Source of the DNA: a virus
Taxonomy: Duplodnaviria > Caudoviricetes
DNA length: 59,330 nucleotides
Direction: 5' to 3' (one strand)
Virus record (IMG/VR): IMGVR_UViG_3300017747_003223
Span: 1 to 59,330 of that record
The notes below the pieces were generated by a model. The model did no database searches, had not been told where the DNA came from, and was given only the letters and a program-made list of their open reading frames with translations. This document shows positions 8,364-17,647 of this stretch, piece by piece (the first letter of the stretch is position 1; every line of letters begins with the position of its first letter). The translations under genes were made by a program, and so were the position numbers.

Positions 8364-9092
8364 ATGCTCCTCCCACTTTTCATCTCACACAAGGAGTGCA
8401 AACGCTGTGACCTCCATACACACGTTAAGTCTGTTGGGATGCCTGCTCGCCGTGTTCATTACTCTCTTGTATCTTCTCAAGATACGCCCGCTATTCTCAT
8501 CGTTGGACAAAACCCCGGCCAGCGAGAAGACGAAGCCGGAGAGTGCTTCGTCGGACCCACTGGACGCCTCCTCCATGCCGCCTATATCGGACAGCGAGTT
8601 GAGAAACCTGGACACCCTCTTGATGGAACAGAGGTTGGAGCCGGACTCTGGAAACGAGCAACTATTTTCCTATCTAATGTGGCTCGCTGTGGCACATGGT
8701 CAGGGCTCGAACCCTCTAACTCTCAATACGCCCTCTGTGCCCCCTACCTCCTTGAAGACATTCGCCTCATCCTTCCCACCTGTTCCCGGCTTATACTTCT
8801 TCTATGTGGTGCCCCCGCCATCTTCCATACCTACAAAGCATTAACAGGGACGGGCATGAAGGCGAAGCAAGCCTTCGACACATCCGGCGAGTACCTTCCC
8901 TTCCACGATACCTCCATCCAAATCTTCTCCACCTACCATCCAGCATTCGTTATTCGTAAGAACGCCATGCTGGAAGCCGTCATCAACCACCTCCAACTCC
9001 TCCTCGATTCCCTTGACGGCATCAGTGCCACCCCCTCCTCCCCTCACCTCATCCCCCCCTGCTACCCTTCCTCCATCATCAGGGGACTCTAG
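8364..9092 (+). CDS. uracil-DNA glycosylase family 4-like (4Fe-4S)
   Basis: CKRCDLH, VGQNPG..E...G..FVG..G..L, NVARC...C and TYHPA motifs. Confidence 0.88.
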   Translation: MLLPLFISHKECKRCDLHTHVKSVGMPARRVHYSLVSSQDTPAILIVGQNPGQREDEAGECFVGPTGRLLHAAYIGQRVEKPGHPLDGTEVGAGLWKRATIFLSNVARCGTWSGLEPSNSQYALCAPYLLEDIRLILPTCSRLILLLCGAPAIFHTYKALTGTGMKAKQAFDTSGEYLPFHDTSIQIFSTYHPAFVIRKNAMLEAVINHLQLLLDSLDGISATPSSPHLIPPCYPSSIIRGL

Positions 9093-9102
9093 GAGTATCC
9101 TC

Positions 9103-9459
9103 ATGGAAGTGCGTTCAGTTAAAGATGGTACCTACGACAAGAACAACGTCAAGCATTTCTACTGTGGGCGGCGTACCCGTCGTGACTACACCTACTTCGG
9201 ATTGGGTAACCCCCACGTTGTCACCTCTCACGGTGAAGAGTGCCCTCAGTGCCACCTCGAACACAGCCTAGGGCAGGCCATCGAAGCCTTCCGCACGGAC
9301 CTCTTCGGCGGCAGCCTCCCCTCCCATGCCCGCCTCATCGCCCTATTACCAGAGGATGCCATCCTCTACTGTTGGTGCCGTCCCCGTGCCTGCCACTGCG
9401 ACATTATCATCGACTACTGGAACCACGTACATGTCAAACCCCCCTCCCCCCCTGTCTGA
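9103..9459 (+). CDS. DUF4326-like protein
   Basis: YCGR...GNP...AIEAFR...LYCWCRPRACHCDII pattern; AGGAG SD. Confidence 0.8.
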   Translation: MEVRSVKDGTYDKNNVKHFYCGRRTRRDYTYFGLGNPHVVTSHGEECPQCHLEHSLGQAIEAFRTDLFGGSLPSHARLIALLPEDAILYCWCRPRACHCDIIIDYWNHVHVKPPSPPV

Positions 9460-10732
9460 GGACCAGCAAGTAGCATTCGATGCCATCAAGAAGTGGTTCC
9501 TTGACACCGCCGATCCCGTCTTCCGTCTTGGCGGGCTAGCTGGTACGGGCAAGACCACCCTCATCCGCCACCTCTGCAACTTCTTAGAGCCCTCCTACAA
9601 CATCACCGTAGCCTCCTTCACAGGCAAAGCAGTTCACGTATTGCGGACCAAGGGCATGACCGAGGCTACCACCCTCCACAACTTCCTCTTCATCGCAACC
9701 AAGGACCACAACGAGGTCAAGTACACCTTCATTCCTCGGCCCGCCCACGAGATCCATCAGACAGCCCTGCTCATCGTAGACGAAGCCTCCATGGTGGACA
9801 CCTTCCTATGGAACACCATCCGCTCCTACAAGCACCTCCGCGTCCTATGCGTGGGGGACCATGGCCAGCTTGAACCCGTGGGTGACAACCCCCGCCTCAT
9901 GGACATGCCCGACGTTCGCTTGGAGAAGATCCACCGTCAAGCCGAGCATAACCCCATCATCCGCTTCGCCCATCACCTTCGAGAGGGTAACACCCCTCCA
10001 TACGGCGAGATCGGTAACAACCTCCGCATCTGCAAACGGAGTGACAGCCCCCTCTTCGATGCCTCATGGCAACTCATCTGTGCCTTCAATCCCACTAGAC
10101 ATAAGGTGAATGCTATTTGTAGGCAGACAGCAGGCTATACCGGGCTCATCAACATCGGTGAGAAGGTCATCTGCCTCCGCAACAATCCCCATCACAAGAT
10201 CTTCAACGGCATGATGGGTATCATTACAGACCTTTACTGGACCCGCTACCGTGGAAACGACCCCATTCCCGTCATCACCATCCTTACAGATGGGGGCGAA
10301 GTTCGTGGCCCCATCCCCTGCATCCCCTCCCTCTTCGGCACCACCCCCGAGAAGGATGTTCCTCTTCGCCCCCCTTACCATCCCGATTACAAGGTCCATG
10401 AGTTTGGCCAGTTCGACTACGGCTACTGCATCACCGGCCACAAGGCTCAGGGCTCAGAGTGGGAACGTGTAGTCGTCATCGAAGAACTCAGTCGTCTTTG
10501 GAACGCCGCCCGTTGGCGTTACACCGTATCCACCCGTGCCTCTAACCAGTTATTGTACCTCACCGAGAAAGGTAGTGCCACATGGCCAAGCGTCCTTCCC
10601 CCAAGCGCTCCCCCTCCAAGAGCGACCCCATCCCCCGATTCGGTCGCCACTTCTACATCACCACCGACGTTGCCGACGACGGAGGCTTCACCACCTACTA
10701 CAAGCACCGAACCACCAACGTCATCCACCTGA
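9431..10732 (+). CDS. SF1B RecD2/Dda-like DNA helicase
   Basis: GLAGTGKTT, IVDEASM, GDHGQLEPV, IHRQ, TGHKAQGSEW and YTVSTRA motifs. Confidence 0.92.
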   Translation: MSNPPPPLSEDQQVAFDAIKKWFLDTADPVFRLGGLAGTGKTTLIRHLCNFLEPSYNITVASFTGKAVHVLRTKGMTEATTLHNFLFIATKDHNEVKYTFIPRPAHEIHQTALLIVDEASMVDTFLWNTIRSYKHLRVLCVGDHGQLEPVGDNPRLMDMPDVRLEKIHRQAEHNPIIRFAHHLREGNTPPYGEIGNNLRICKRSDSPLFDASWQLICAFNPTRHKVNAICRQTAGYTGLINIGEKVICLRNNPHHKIFNGMMGIITDLYWTRYRGNDPIPVITILTDGGEVRGPIPCIPSLFGTTPEKDVPLRPPYHPDYKVHEFGQFDYGYCITGHKAQGSEWERVVVIEELSRLWNAARWRYTVSTRASNQLLYLTEKGSATWPSVLPPSAPPPRATPSPDSVATSTSPPTLPTTEASPPTTSTEPPTSST

Positions 10733-10884
10733 CCGAGAAGGTCCGTGCCGATGGGTCGTGGGTCGCCTCCTTCAACATGTGCGAGCTGTACGGCGTTCCC
10801 ATCGGAGCCTCCGTCCTCATCGACAGCGACTTCAACGCCTCCGAGATCTTCAAGTCCTGGCTCCTGGTTTTGCAGAAGTCCTGA
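10582..10884 (+). CDS. hypothetical protein
   Basis: Frame with normal composition overlapping the low-complexity tail of the helicase. Confidence 0.6.
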   Translation: MAKRPSPKRSPSKSDPIPRFGRHFYITTDVADDGGFTTYYKHRTTNVIHLTEKVRADGSWVASFNMCELYGVPIGASVLIDSDFNASEIFKSWLLVLQKS

Positions 10885-10977
10885 TGGGTTATTGAGCCAG
10901 CCCTTCAGACTCCCCCTCATCAGGGTTACCACCTTCGTGAGGGGTTTATCCCCTTCCCCTTTTCTTGGAGCTAACAC

Positions 10978-11466
10978 ATGCCCGCATCATCCAAGCCCGT
11001 TTCACCTGCCGGTCCTCGCGTCAAATGCACCGCCCCCGTCCATCGTGGTGCCGCCCTCTTCATCTCCTTCCTCGGTGATTACGATCTCGTCATCTCCACT
11101 GCGGGGGGCCTCGGCGTCCCCTCCCACCTTCGCGGCAGCGATAAGAGGGACTTCGAGGCCTTCGCCAAATACTTGTGGTGGCACATCCACGACATGGCCA
11201 AGCTCCCCATCTCCCCTCCCTCCTCCGAACCCGAGGGCCCCTCCTCCCGCACCATCCTCTCCGCCGAAGAAGAAGAAGAAGCCATCGAAGAGAGTGATGA
11301 AGAGGGTGGTGAAGAGGGGGACAGTGACGAGACCGGCGACCCCGACGAAGCCCCAGAAGCGGGCGTGATCCCTCCTCCTCGGGTGATGCCTCGGCCCCAG
11401 CGAGTCATCCTCGACGACCCCGAGAACGAACTCCCCCCTCCTCAACCTCAACACGATCCCTTTTGA
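10978..11466 (+). CDS. hypothetical protein with acidic tract
   Basis: GGAG SD; EEEEEAIEESDEEGGEEGDSDE. Confidence 0.65.
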   Translation: MPASSKPVSPAGPRVKCTAPVHRGAALFISFLGDYDLVISTAGGLGVPSHLRGSDKRDFEAFAKYLWWHIHDMAKLPISPPSSEPEGPSSRTILSAEEEEEAIEESDEEGGEEGDSDETGDPDEAPEAGVIPPPRVMPRPQRVILDDPENELPPPQPQHDPF

Positions 11467-11588
11467 CCTTTTACCTTTCCAGCAGCAGATTCTCAATGAG
11501 GCCTACGCACGTTTCGAGCGACGTATGCACCGTGACTTCCAAGGTGAATGGTTAGCCTTCCCCTCTTTCCCCTCCTTAGAACCTCCCC

Positions 11589-14120
11589 ATGCTGACAACC
11601 TCCCTCGACATTGAGACCTATGGTGCGTGCGAGGTGGATTGGTATGGCAACCCCCTCCCCAACCAGAAGTCCCCCAAGAAGCACGATGGTCGCTTCCACC
11701 CCATGCGATCCCTTTATACGGATCGCGTTCCTCTTTCATCCCTCATCCTTACTGCCTCTATTACTATCGTTTACGAAGACGGTGAACCATGCCTAACCTT
11801 ACCCTCCAAGACCTCAATCAAGTCTGCTCCACCATTATTAAGGCGGGACACACCGAGGTTGCCGATCCCGTCTGTCGAATCTACTGGACGGAGTGTGCCT
11901 TCGTATTCAGGGACCTCCTTGCCCAACGTATGGGATGCCCAACGAATATCGCGGCTAACACCGGGTCCTACGATGGTGTTCCTGATGCACTTGGCGGACC
12001 ACCGAGCGATGCTGGCGGAGTGGCTCCGTCAATCATCGACAGTGTTAGGCATGAACCTCATGTTCGACTTCCCCTACCTGAGAGTCCTGCCTGAGTTCCG
12101 ATTTTTACTTACCCCATCCAACCAGCGATACCTCATCGACCTCTCATGGGTCAACTTCTTACACTCAGAGCTTCGTACTGCGAAGTCCTTGAAGGCTTTA
12201 GGTCCTGTTACCCGCAAGTTCGCTTACAGCGACGACAACTCCTTGAAGAAGCGTCGCTTCCCCTCTCCTCAGTGGGTGGACAAGGTTACTGGTGCCTCCC
12301 TCATCTCCTATCAGGCCCAAGACCCTCACAACACCGTCCTCGCCATTGCCGAGTTTGCTCGCCGCATCATTCGTGATTGGGGCCCCGACACCCCCAAGCT
12401 CTCTCCCTATTCCATTCGCTTCTTTACCGACAACATGTGGTCCTGCATCCGTATGCTTGAAGCAGGCATCCCCATGTCTTACAGCCGCCTTTATTCGTTG
12501 TTGGATAGCTGTAACAAGACCAAAGAAGAGACCTTCGCCCTTGCCAAATCACAGGGCCTCCTCCTTGGCGGTAACAAGAGCGAGAAGTCCAAATCCACAT
12601 TCATTCAGTCTGTGGTACAGGAGATAGATAACCCATGCGTCATCGCCGACCCGCCCCCTACGCCCTCTTCTGCTACGGTTGCCTCATCATCGCCTTCGCC
12701 GGTGCCATCAACCTCACCATCACGGCCTGGGCAACCTACCTCCATTCTGTTGCATCCTCTTCTCAAGAAGACCGACAAGAAGCGGCAAGTCTCGTGGGCA
12801 GATCAGAACCGCCTCTTGTTCCGTCTCGCCCTTCCTCCCTCCCACCCCCTCCAATCCCAGCTCAAGCTCATTGACCGTTACTCGGGGGCCTGCAAGCTCA
12901 TCGGCTCATACATTACCCCCTTGTTGTTTCATAAAGCTAACGATGTGGATGATCGTTGCTCCGCCCTCATTCCCCATGAGGAACCACCACCATGCCCTTC
13001 CGATACCAACTTCCAGTTAGTTCTTTCCTCTACACCATCTCCATCTTCACCATCTCTATCGCCTACAAGTCCTTCACTTCCCTCCCCCTCCTCCTCATCG
13101 CCACCCTCGTCCTCTGGGCCACCTTCTTCTTCTGGGCCCGCGAAGTCCTACACGAAGCCCGCCGTGCAACAGCGGCTCGGTATCAGTGATCCCGACATAG
13201 GCCTCGGCTTCCCTGCCATCTACATCATCCCCTCTTATTCCTCTGACTCCTCAGATGATGAGGGGGGCCAGCAACAAGTTCGCCTCTCCTTCAAGAAGCC
13301 CGCCGCACAGACCTTTCCCAAGCTCGTCAAGGCCTGTTACAAGTCTCGCTTCGGTGCCTCCGGTCACATCCGCTCCTACGATATCAAGCAAGCCGAGTTG
13401 GCGAGTGCGGCTGTCCTCTCGGGCGAACAGACCATCATCGACGCCTTCCTCCACAACCTTGACCTACACACCATCCGTGCCGAGCAAGTGTTCGGCATCC
13501 CCATGCTCATTGCTAAGTACGGCCCTAACTATGCGAAGGACCCTTACTTCAAAGAACTAGAGCGGCAGTGCTGCAAGCATGGTAACTTCACCGACCTCAA
13601 CTGGGGCTCCGCTGAAACCCTCCGCATCACCATCCTTAAGAAGGGCAAGGCCGACATCCCCATCGCCTTTTGCAGGGACGTAGTAGCCTCTAGATCTAAG
13701 GTCCGTCCTCAGTTGTTCAGGTGGCAGAACCAATGGCTAGAAGAAACGATGCGGACCCACCGCTGCATCCTCCCTTATACGGGCCACTCTCGTTCCTTCA
13801 CCGGCGAGATCAAGGGTAACGATGCCTGCGAAGCCATCAACTTCCCCATTCAAGCCATCGCCGCTACCGCCGAACTCAGCGTCCAAGCCTACATCCACGA
13901 TCATTTACCCTCCATCAATGATCCCTCCTGCCCATGCTACATGTTCCTCAATACCTATGACGCATTGTGGTTCGACACATTGAACAGCTACGCACCCACA
14001 TTGGATCGTATCGTGGAGGATGCGTATGAGTTCGTCCGCACTAAGGGTTACTGGTACATGATGTGCGACCACTTTGGCCATAGCGTCCCCCTATTATACG
14101 ATGCCTCCATCCACACATAG
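11589..14120 (+). CDS. polA: family A DNA polymerase with 3'-5' exonuclease domain
   Basis: ExoI LDIET, ExoII NLMFD, ExoIII YQAQD; motif A YDIKQAE, DLH, motif B R..CK..NF, AINFPIQ, motif C variant NTYDA. Confidence 0.9.
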   Translation: MLTTSLDIETYGACEVDWYGNPLPNQKSPKKHDGRFHPMRSLYTDRVPLSSLILTASITIVYEDGEPCLTLPSKTSIKSAPPLLRRDTPRLPIPSVESTGRSVPSYSGTSLPNVWDAQRISRLTPGPTMVFLMHLADHRAMLAEWLRQSSTVLGMNLMFDFPYLRVLPEFRFLLTPSNQRYLIDLSWVNFLHSELRTAKSLKALGPVTRKFAYSDDNSLKKRRFPSPQWVDKVTGASLISYQAQDPHNTVLAIAEFARRIIRDWGPDTPKLSPYSIRFFTDNMWSCIRMLEAGIPMSYSRLYSLLDSCNKTKEETFALAKSQGLLLGGNKSEKSKSTFIQSVVQEIDNPCVIADPPPTPSSATVASSSPSPVPSTSPSRPGQPTSILLHPLLKKTDKKRQVSWADQNRLLFRLALPPSHPLQSQLKLIDRYSGACKLIGSYITPLLFHKANDVDDRCSALIPHEEPPPCPSDTNFQLVLSSTPSPSSPSLSPTSPSLPSPSSSSPPSSSGPPSSSGPAKSYTKPAVQQRLGISDPDIGLGFPAIYIIPSYSSDSSDDEGGQQQVRLSFKKPAAQTFPKLVKACYKSRFGASGHIRSYDIKQAELASAAVLSGEQTIIDAFLHNLDLHTIRAEQVFGIPMLIAKYGPNYAKDPYFKELERQCCKHGNFTDLNWGSAETLRITILKKGKADIPIAFCRDVVASRSKVRPQLFRWQNQWLEETMRTHRCILPYTGHSRSFTGEIKGNDACEAINFPIQAIAATAELSVQAYIHDHLPSINDPSCPCYMFLNTYDALWFDTLNSYAPTLDRIVEDAYEFVRTKGYWYMMCDHFGHSVPLLYDASIHT
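11789..12094 (+). CDS. candidate overprinted ORF inside polA
   Basis: Starts at CCATG where the pol frame turns S/P-rich; N-terminal half reads as normal helical sequence. Confidence 0.4.
   Translation: MPNLTLQDLNQVCSTIIKAGHTEVADPVCRIYWTECAFVFRDLLAQRMGCPTNIAANTGSYDGVPDALGGPPSDAGGVAPSIIDSVRHEPHVRLPLPESPA
12635..12874 (+). CDS. candidate overprinted single-TM protein inside polA
   Basis: MRHRRP plus hydrophobic YALFCYGCLIIAFAGAINLTITAWATYL, coincident with a pol S/P insertion. Confidence 0.5.
   Translation: MRHRRPAPYALFCYGCLIIAFAGAINLTITAWATYLHSVASSSQEDRQEAASLVGRSEPPLVPSRPSSLPPPPIPAQAH
12992..13189 (+). CDS. candidate overprinted two-TM (holin-like) protein inside polA
   Basis: Two hydrophobic segments plus a basic tail, co-extensive with the longest S/P insertion in pol. 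Confidence 0.55.
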   Translation: MPFRYQLPVSSFLYTISIFTISIAYKSFTSLPLLLIATLVLWATFFFWAREVLHEARRATAARYQ

Positions 14121-14131
14121 GAGCCTCATCA

Positions 14132-14380
14132 ATGCCTCCCTCCATCACCGTCAACCTCAACCCCCCTCCCATCAAACCCCCACCTCCTCGTCCCGAGTTA
14201 TATGGGGTGGTGTATTGGAATCCCGACTACTCCCTCTGGATGTTCAGTGCATCCTACACCGAGATAGACAAAGCTAACCAGCTTGCCATCGCCAAGCGGG
14301 GTTGCTCACCCCAAGTTATCACTATTCCCTCCGAGCATCCATTGACTTCTCCCCCCTCTTCATCTACCCTGTTAGGATGA
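14132..14380 (+). CDS. hypothetical protein
   Basis: AGGAG SD; 82 aa. Confidence 0.55.
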   Translation: MPPSITVNLNPPPIKPPPPRPELYGVVYWNPDYSLWMFSASYTEIDKANQLAIAKRGCSPQVITIPSEHPLTSPPSSSTLLG

Positions 14381-14727
14381 CCCAAGGCATTTCGTCTGTC
14401 GCCGGGCTATTCGTCTTCCTAACCGCGTCACGTTTCGTATCCCAAACACCTCCCGCCCTTCCGACCGACATTTCCTTGAAGTCCATCACAGAGGCGGGCT
14501 CTGTCGCCGTCATCACCGCCCTGTTGGTGTGGCATATCTGTATCTATGGCCCCCGCCGCGAGCGTGCCCAAGAAGAACGGGAGCAGCGTGATCGTGCTGC
14601 CCGCGACGCCCAAGTTCAGGCCTACCTCACCCTGATTCAAACCATCAGGACTGAGGAGAATGCCCGCCGTAACGAACTCATCTCGCTGTTGCGTCCCGAA
14701 CACGGTAAGCCCTCCAAGGGTGCCTAA
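14377..14727 (+). CDS. membrane protein, possible holin (BhlA-like topology)
   Basis: Hydrophobic segments followed by a charged RE-rich coiled coil; ATGA coupling. Confidence 0.45.
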   Translation: MTQGISSVAGLFVFLTASRFVSQTPPALPTDISLKSITEAGSVAVITALLVWHICIYGPRRERAQEEREQRDRAARDAQVQAYLTLIQTIRTEENARRNELISLLRPEHGKPSKGA

Positions 14728-15296
14728 TGGCTTCCACCATCATTCTCCTCCAAGATGCTAGAGAGAAGACACCCCTCACCTTCCCCTCTACCATCAACAT
14801 CCTCACATCCTCAAATCCTTATAGGGTAGTCCCCCACTTTGTCCACGTTGTCAAGAAGACCCTCATCACAGGGGACTACGCCATTCAAGGTGCAGAGGAT
14901 GCCTGCCTCGTAGAGCGTAAGGGCAGCCTCCAAGAAGTGGCCATGAACTGTACCGATGATCGGGACCGCCCCCGCTTCATCCGTTCCCTAGAACGCCTCT
15001 CCTCTTCTTGTCGCCACCCCGTCCTCCTTTTCGAGGGGGACATGAAAGCTGTCCTCAAACCCACCCCTCGTCTACCTAATCCGGGTCCAGCCCTTGACGC
15101 ACTGTTCCGACTGCTCCTAGACTACCGCATCTCTTTCCACACTTATCGCCCCACGTCTATGGCAGACCGTAGGACGTGCGGTGAGCTGGTCGTCCGACTT
15201 CTCTTTGCGGGAGCTAACTCATGCCTCTCTTCCTCCGTCAAGTCCAACTCTTCCCCCGAATGTGCGATGATGAGTCTGGCGGGCTTGCCGTCCTAA
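14727..15296 (+). CDS. ERCC4/XPF-type structure-specific nuclease
   Basis: QDAREKTP, GDY and VERKG motifs. Confidence 0.85.
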   Translation: MASTIILLQDAREKTPLTFPSTINILTSSNPYRVVPHFVHVVKKTLITGDYAIQGAEDACLVERKGSLQEVAMNCTDDRDRPRFIRSLERLSSSCRHPVLLFEGDMKAVLKPTPRLPNPGPALDALFRLLLDYRISFHTYRPTSMADRRTCGELVVRLLFAGANSCLSSSVKSNSSPECAMMSLAGLPS

Positions 15297-15844
15297 GCCA
15301 GACCTCCACCACCATCGTCGCCAATACCAACAGCAAGGTGAAGTCGGGCACCAACACATCTGGTGCAGACTCCCAGCTCAATCCTTATGGGGTCGTTGCA
15401 TCTACCGTCCTCAACCACGGCAACGTCGTCATCCTCTCCGTGCCCGATGGTGCGAACTACCTCGATCTCTTTAACGAGTGGGTCGGTTCTAACCCCACCG
15501 TCAGCCCTGTCGTCCGGGTCTTTGGCGAGGTTCCCCACCGTGTCGAGAACCCCGGCTCCGGTAGCCTCGCGGGCCAAACCTTCAACTGGCCCTACGATTA
15601 CAACAGTGCCTTCTTCAACCCCTCCACGGCCAAGGAGGGCACCGATTGGAAGCCCCTGAACAACATCGCCTCGGGCTCCCACGACATTACCCTTTCCAGC
15701 ACCATCGTGTTGGACAACGGTACCTCCAAGCGGGGTGCCTCCACCACCGTCAATCTTCGTGGCTGCAAGCGTGTCATGGTCCTCATTGACACGGCCTGCG
15801 TCACTCCTACCCACTCTCTGGTGGGCGGCCACTTCGGTTCCTAA
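15221..15844 (+). CDS. beta-rich hypothetical protein, possibly virion-associated
   Basis: G/S/T/N/V-rich composition; adjacent to the SGNH tail-like gene. Confidence 0.5.
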   Translation: MPLFLRQVQLFPRMCDDESGGLAVLSQTSTTIVANTNSKVKSGTNTSGADSQLNPYGVVASTVLNHGNVVILSVPDGANYLDLFNEWVGSNPTVSPVVRVFGEVPHRVENPGSGSLAGQTFNWPYDYNSAFFNPSTAKEGTDWKPLNNIASGSHDITLSSTIVLDNGTSKRGASTTVNLRGCKRVMVLIDTACVTPTHSLVGGHFGS

Positions 15845-15907
15845 CTCCGTCCTCTCCACATCCCCTCTGCACCCGACCGGCACCGTTGGGGAGACCCGAC
15901 TAGAAAG

Positions 15908-17638
15908 GTGGCTCCTTTGAAGATTAATCCGAAGGCTATCCGTAACGTATCCAAGATTGCCGGAGCCCTCGGGCCCCTCTTCAATAGGACCGGCAAGGTA
16001 TCCGTCTGCCTCTTGGGGGACTCCACCATCGAACTCGGTGGGCACGGATGGGACAATGGCATCACCTTTGCTCTCATTCAGCAGGGTATCCAGCAATTCG
16101 GCACCGGTCTCCACGGCGTCGGTGAGTCTACCGGTGTTGGTGCCCACCACTCCAACACCCCCAACACGCAGAACGGTCTTTATAGTGCCCTCCCTGCTGA
16201 GTGGCAGAACTACTGCCGCAACAAGTCCGGTGAGGCCGGTCACCTTGGTCTCCTCGATAACTGGTTCTGCACGGCCAACCAAGCTGCTGGTACCTTCGGC
16301 GTCTCCCTCTTCGGCAACAACGCTTACGGATATAGCCGACCCGCCCCCTTCCTCGCAGAGAACCTCACGGGCCAGTTGTGGTACCTCACTACTACCGCCG
16401 CTACTGCGGGTGCCCAGCTTACGGTGGGCGGTCGCAAGGAAACGGGCTCCGATCAGACCCAAGTAGTCAACGTAGAGAACTTTGATGGGGCCATCGGCGG
16501 CACCTTCACCCTCACCTTTGGTGCCGTCACTACCGGCAACATCACCTACAACACCACTGCGGCTACCTTGCAGACCAACATCAAGACCGCCATCGAAACC
16601 GCCCTGCCCGGCAAAACGGTGACGGTAACTTGTACAACGGTGACTCCGGGTGCCTTTGTTGCTCAGATCGTCTTTACGGCCCCCGCTGCTACCGATCAGG
16701 CCATTTGCACCGTGAATACGGGCACCCTAGTTCAGAGATTCGCTGGGCGTCCTATCGAAACTCTTGTCTATGCAGCCCCTTCGGGCAAGGGCTTCTACCT
16801 TGCTCAGGGTAGCGATACGGTTCTTGATGCCGACAGCCAAGCCTCCATCGGCATGGCCCGCCACGACCGATCCTTTGCTGCCAGTGCTGCACGGGATTGG
16901 CAGATTGGCTTTCAGCTTAACAAGACCTCTACGTGTCTGGCCCCGTGGGTGAGCCTCTTTGCGGCCTTCAAGGCTACCGACAGGACCACAGGCTTTGCCC
17001 TTACCCCCATCATGTATGTGGGTGGTCAGCCTGCTAGGATTCATGCTACCCGCCTCCAAGCCCAAACGGTGGAGTTCCTCGGTAGCCTCTTTCAAGCCAT
17101 CGCGGAACATGCGGGTGCCGCCTCACCAGCCGTCCACCCCATCCTCATCCGCATCACAGATGGTGCCAATGATCGCAGCGACTCCACGCTTTCTGTGGGG
17201 CCCTCTCCGGCTGCATCCAACACCCAAGCTGGTTTCTACGATAACCTTCTCGCTATCGTGAACCGCATCGAAGCCGTCTACGCCGCCCGTGGATGGTCCA
17301 CTGCCAACCTCTTCTTCTACTGTGCCACGTCTACGCCCCTTGTGGATGGGGATGCGGATATGGCATTCGCCCGAGCCGGAGCCAATCAGCTATCTGATGT
17401 TCTGCCTCGCTTCGCCGCCTACGATCCCTCCAAGGTGCATGAGGGCTTTGCTACGGATGTGACAGGCCTAGCCTACTCGGGTGCAGACTTTGCCCACTGC
17501 TCAGTGACGGGCTTCAAGGTGTGGTCCGAATACGAAATGGGCAGTATGCGAGAAGCCTACCTCAACTACACAGCCGGTTACCCCACTGAGGGGAATGCTG
17601 GTACCCGTGTCGAGTCCCGCTCCGGTTCCCGCTCCTAA
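15908..17638 (+). CDS. SGNH/GDSL esterase-domain protein, possible tail spike/appendage
   Basis: LLGDST, GAND and DFAH catalytic blocks; internal GGTFTLTFG..TT..I.YN.TAA segment typical of phage tail proteins. Confidence 0.65.
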   Translation: MAPLKINPKAIRNVSKIAGALGPLFNRTGKVSVCLLGDSTIELGGHGWDNGITFALIQQGIQQFGTGLHGVGESTGVGAHHSNTPNTQNGLYSALPAEWQNYCRNKSGEAGHLGLLDNWFCTANQAAGTFGVSLFGNNAYGYSRPAPFLAENLTGQLWYLTTTAATAGAQLTVGGRKETGSDQTQVVNVENFDGAIGGTFTLTFGAVTTGNITYNTTAATLQTNIKTAIETALPGKTVTVTCTTVTPGAFVAQIVFTAPAATDQAICTVNTGTLVQRFAGRPIETLVYAAPSGKGFYLAQGSDTVLDADSQASIGMARHDRSFAASAARDWQIGFQLNKTSTCLAPWVSLFAAFKATDRTTGFALTPIMYVGGQPARIHATRLQAQTVEFLGSLFQAIAEHAGAASPAVHPILIRITDGANDRSDSTLSVGPSPAASNTQAGFYDNLLAIVNRIEAVYAARGWSTANLFFYCATSTPLVDGDADMAFARAGANQLSDVLPRFAAYDPSKVHEGFATDVTGLAYSGADFAHCSVTGFKVWSEYEMGSMREAYLNYTAGYPTEGNAGTRVESRSGSRS

Positions 17639-17647
17639 CTCCCGCCT

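Noticed and set aside
11589-14120. Inteins or group I introns explaining the polA insertions
   Set aside because: No intein terminal His-Asn plus Cys/Ser/Thr or LAGLIDADG motifs; the frame stays open and the inserts are short
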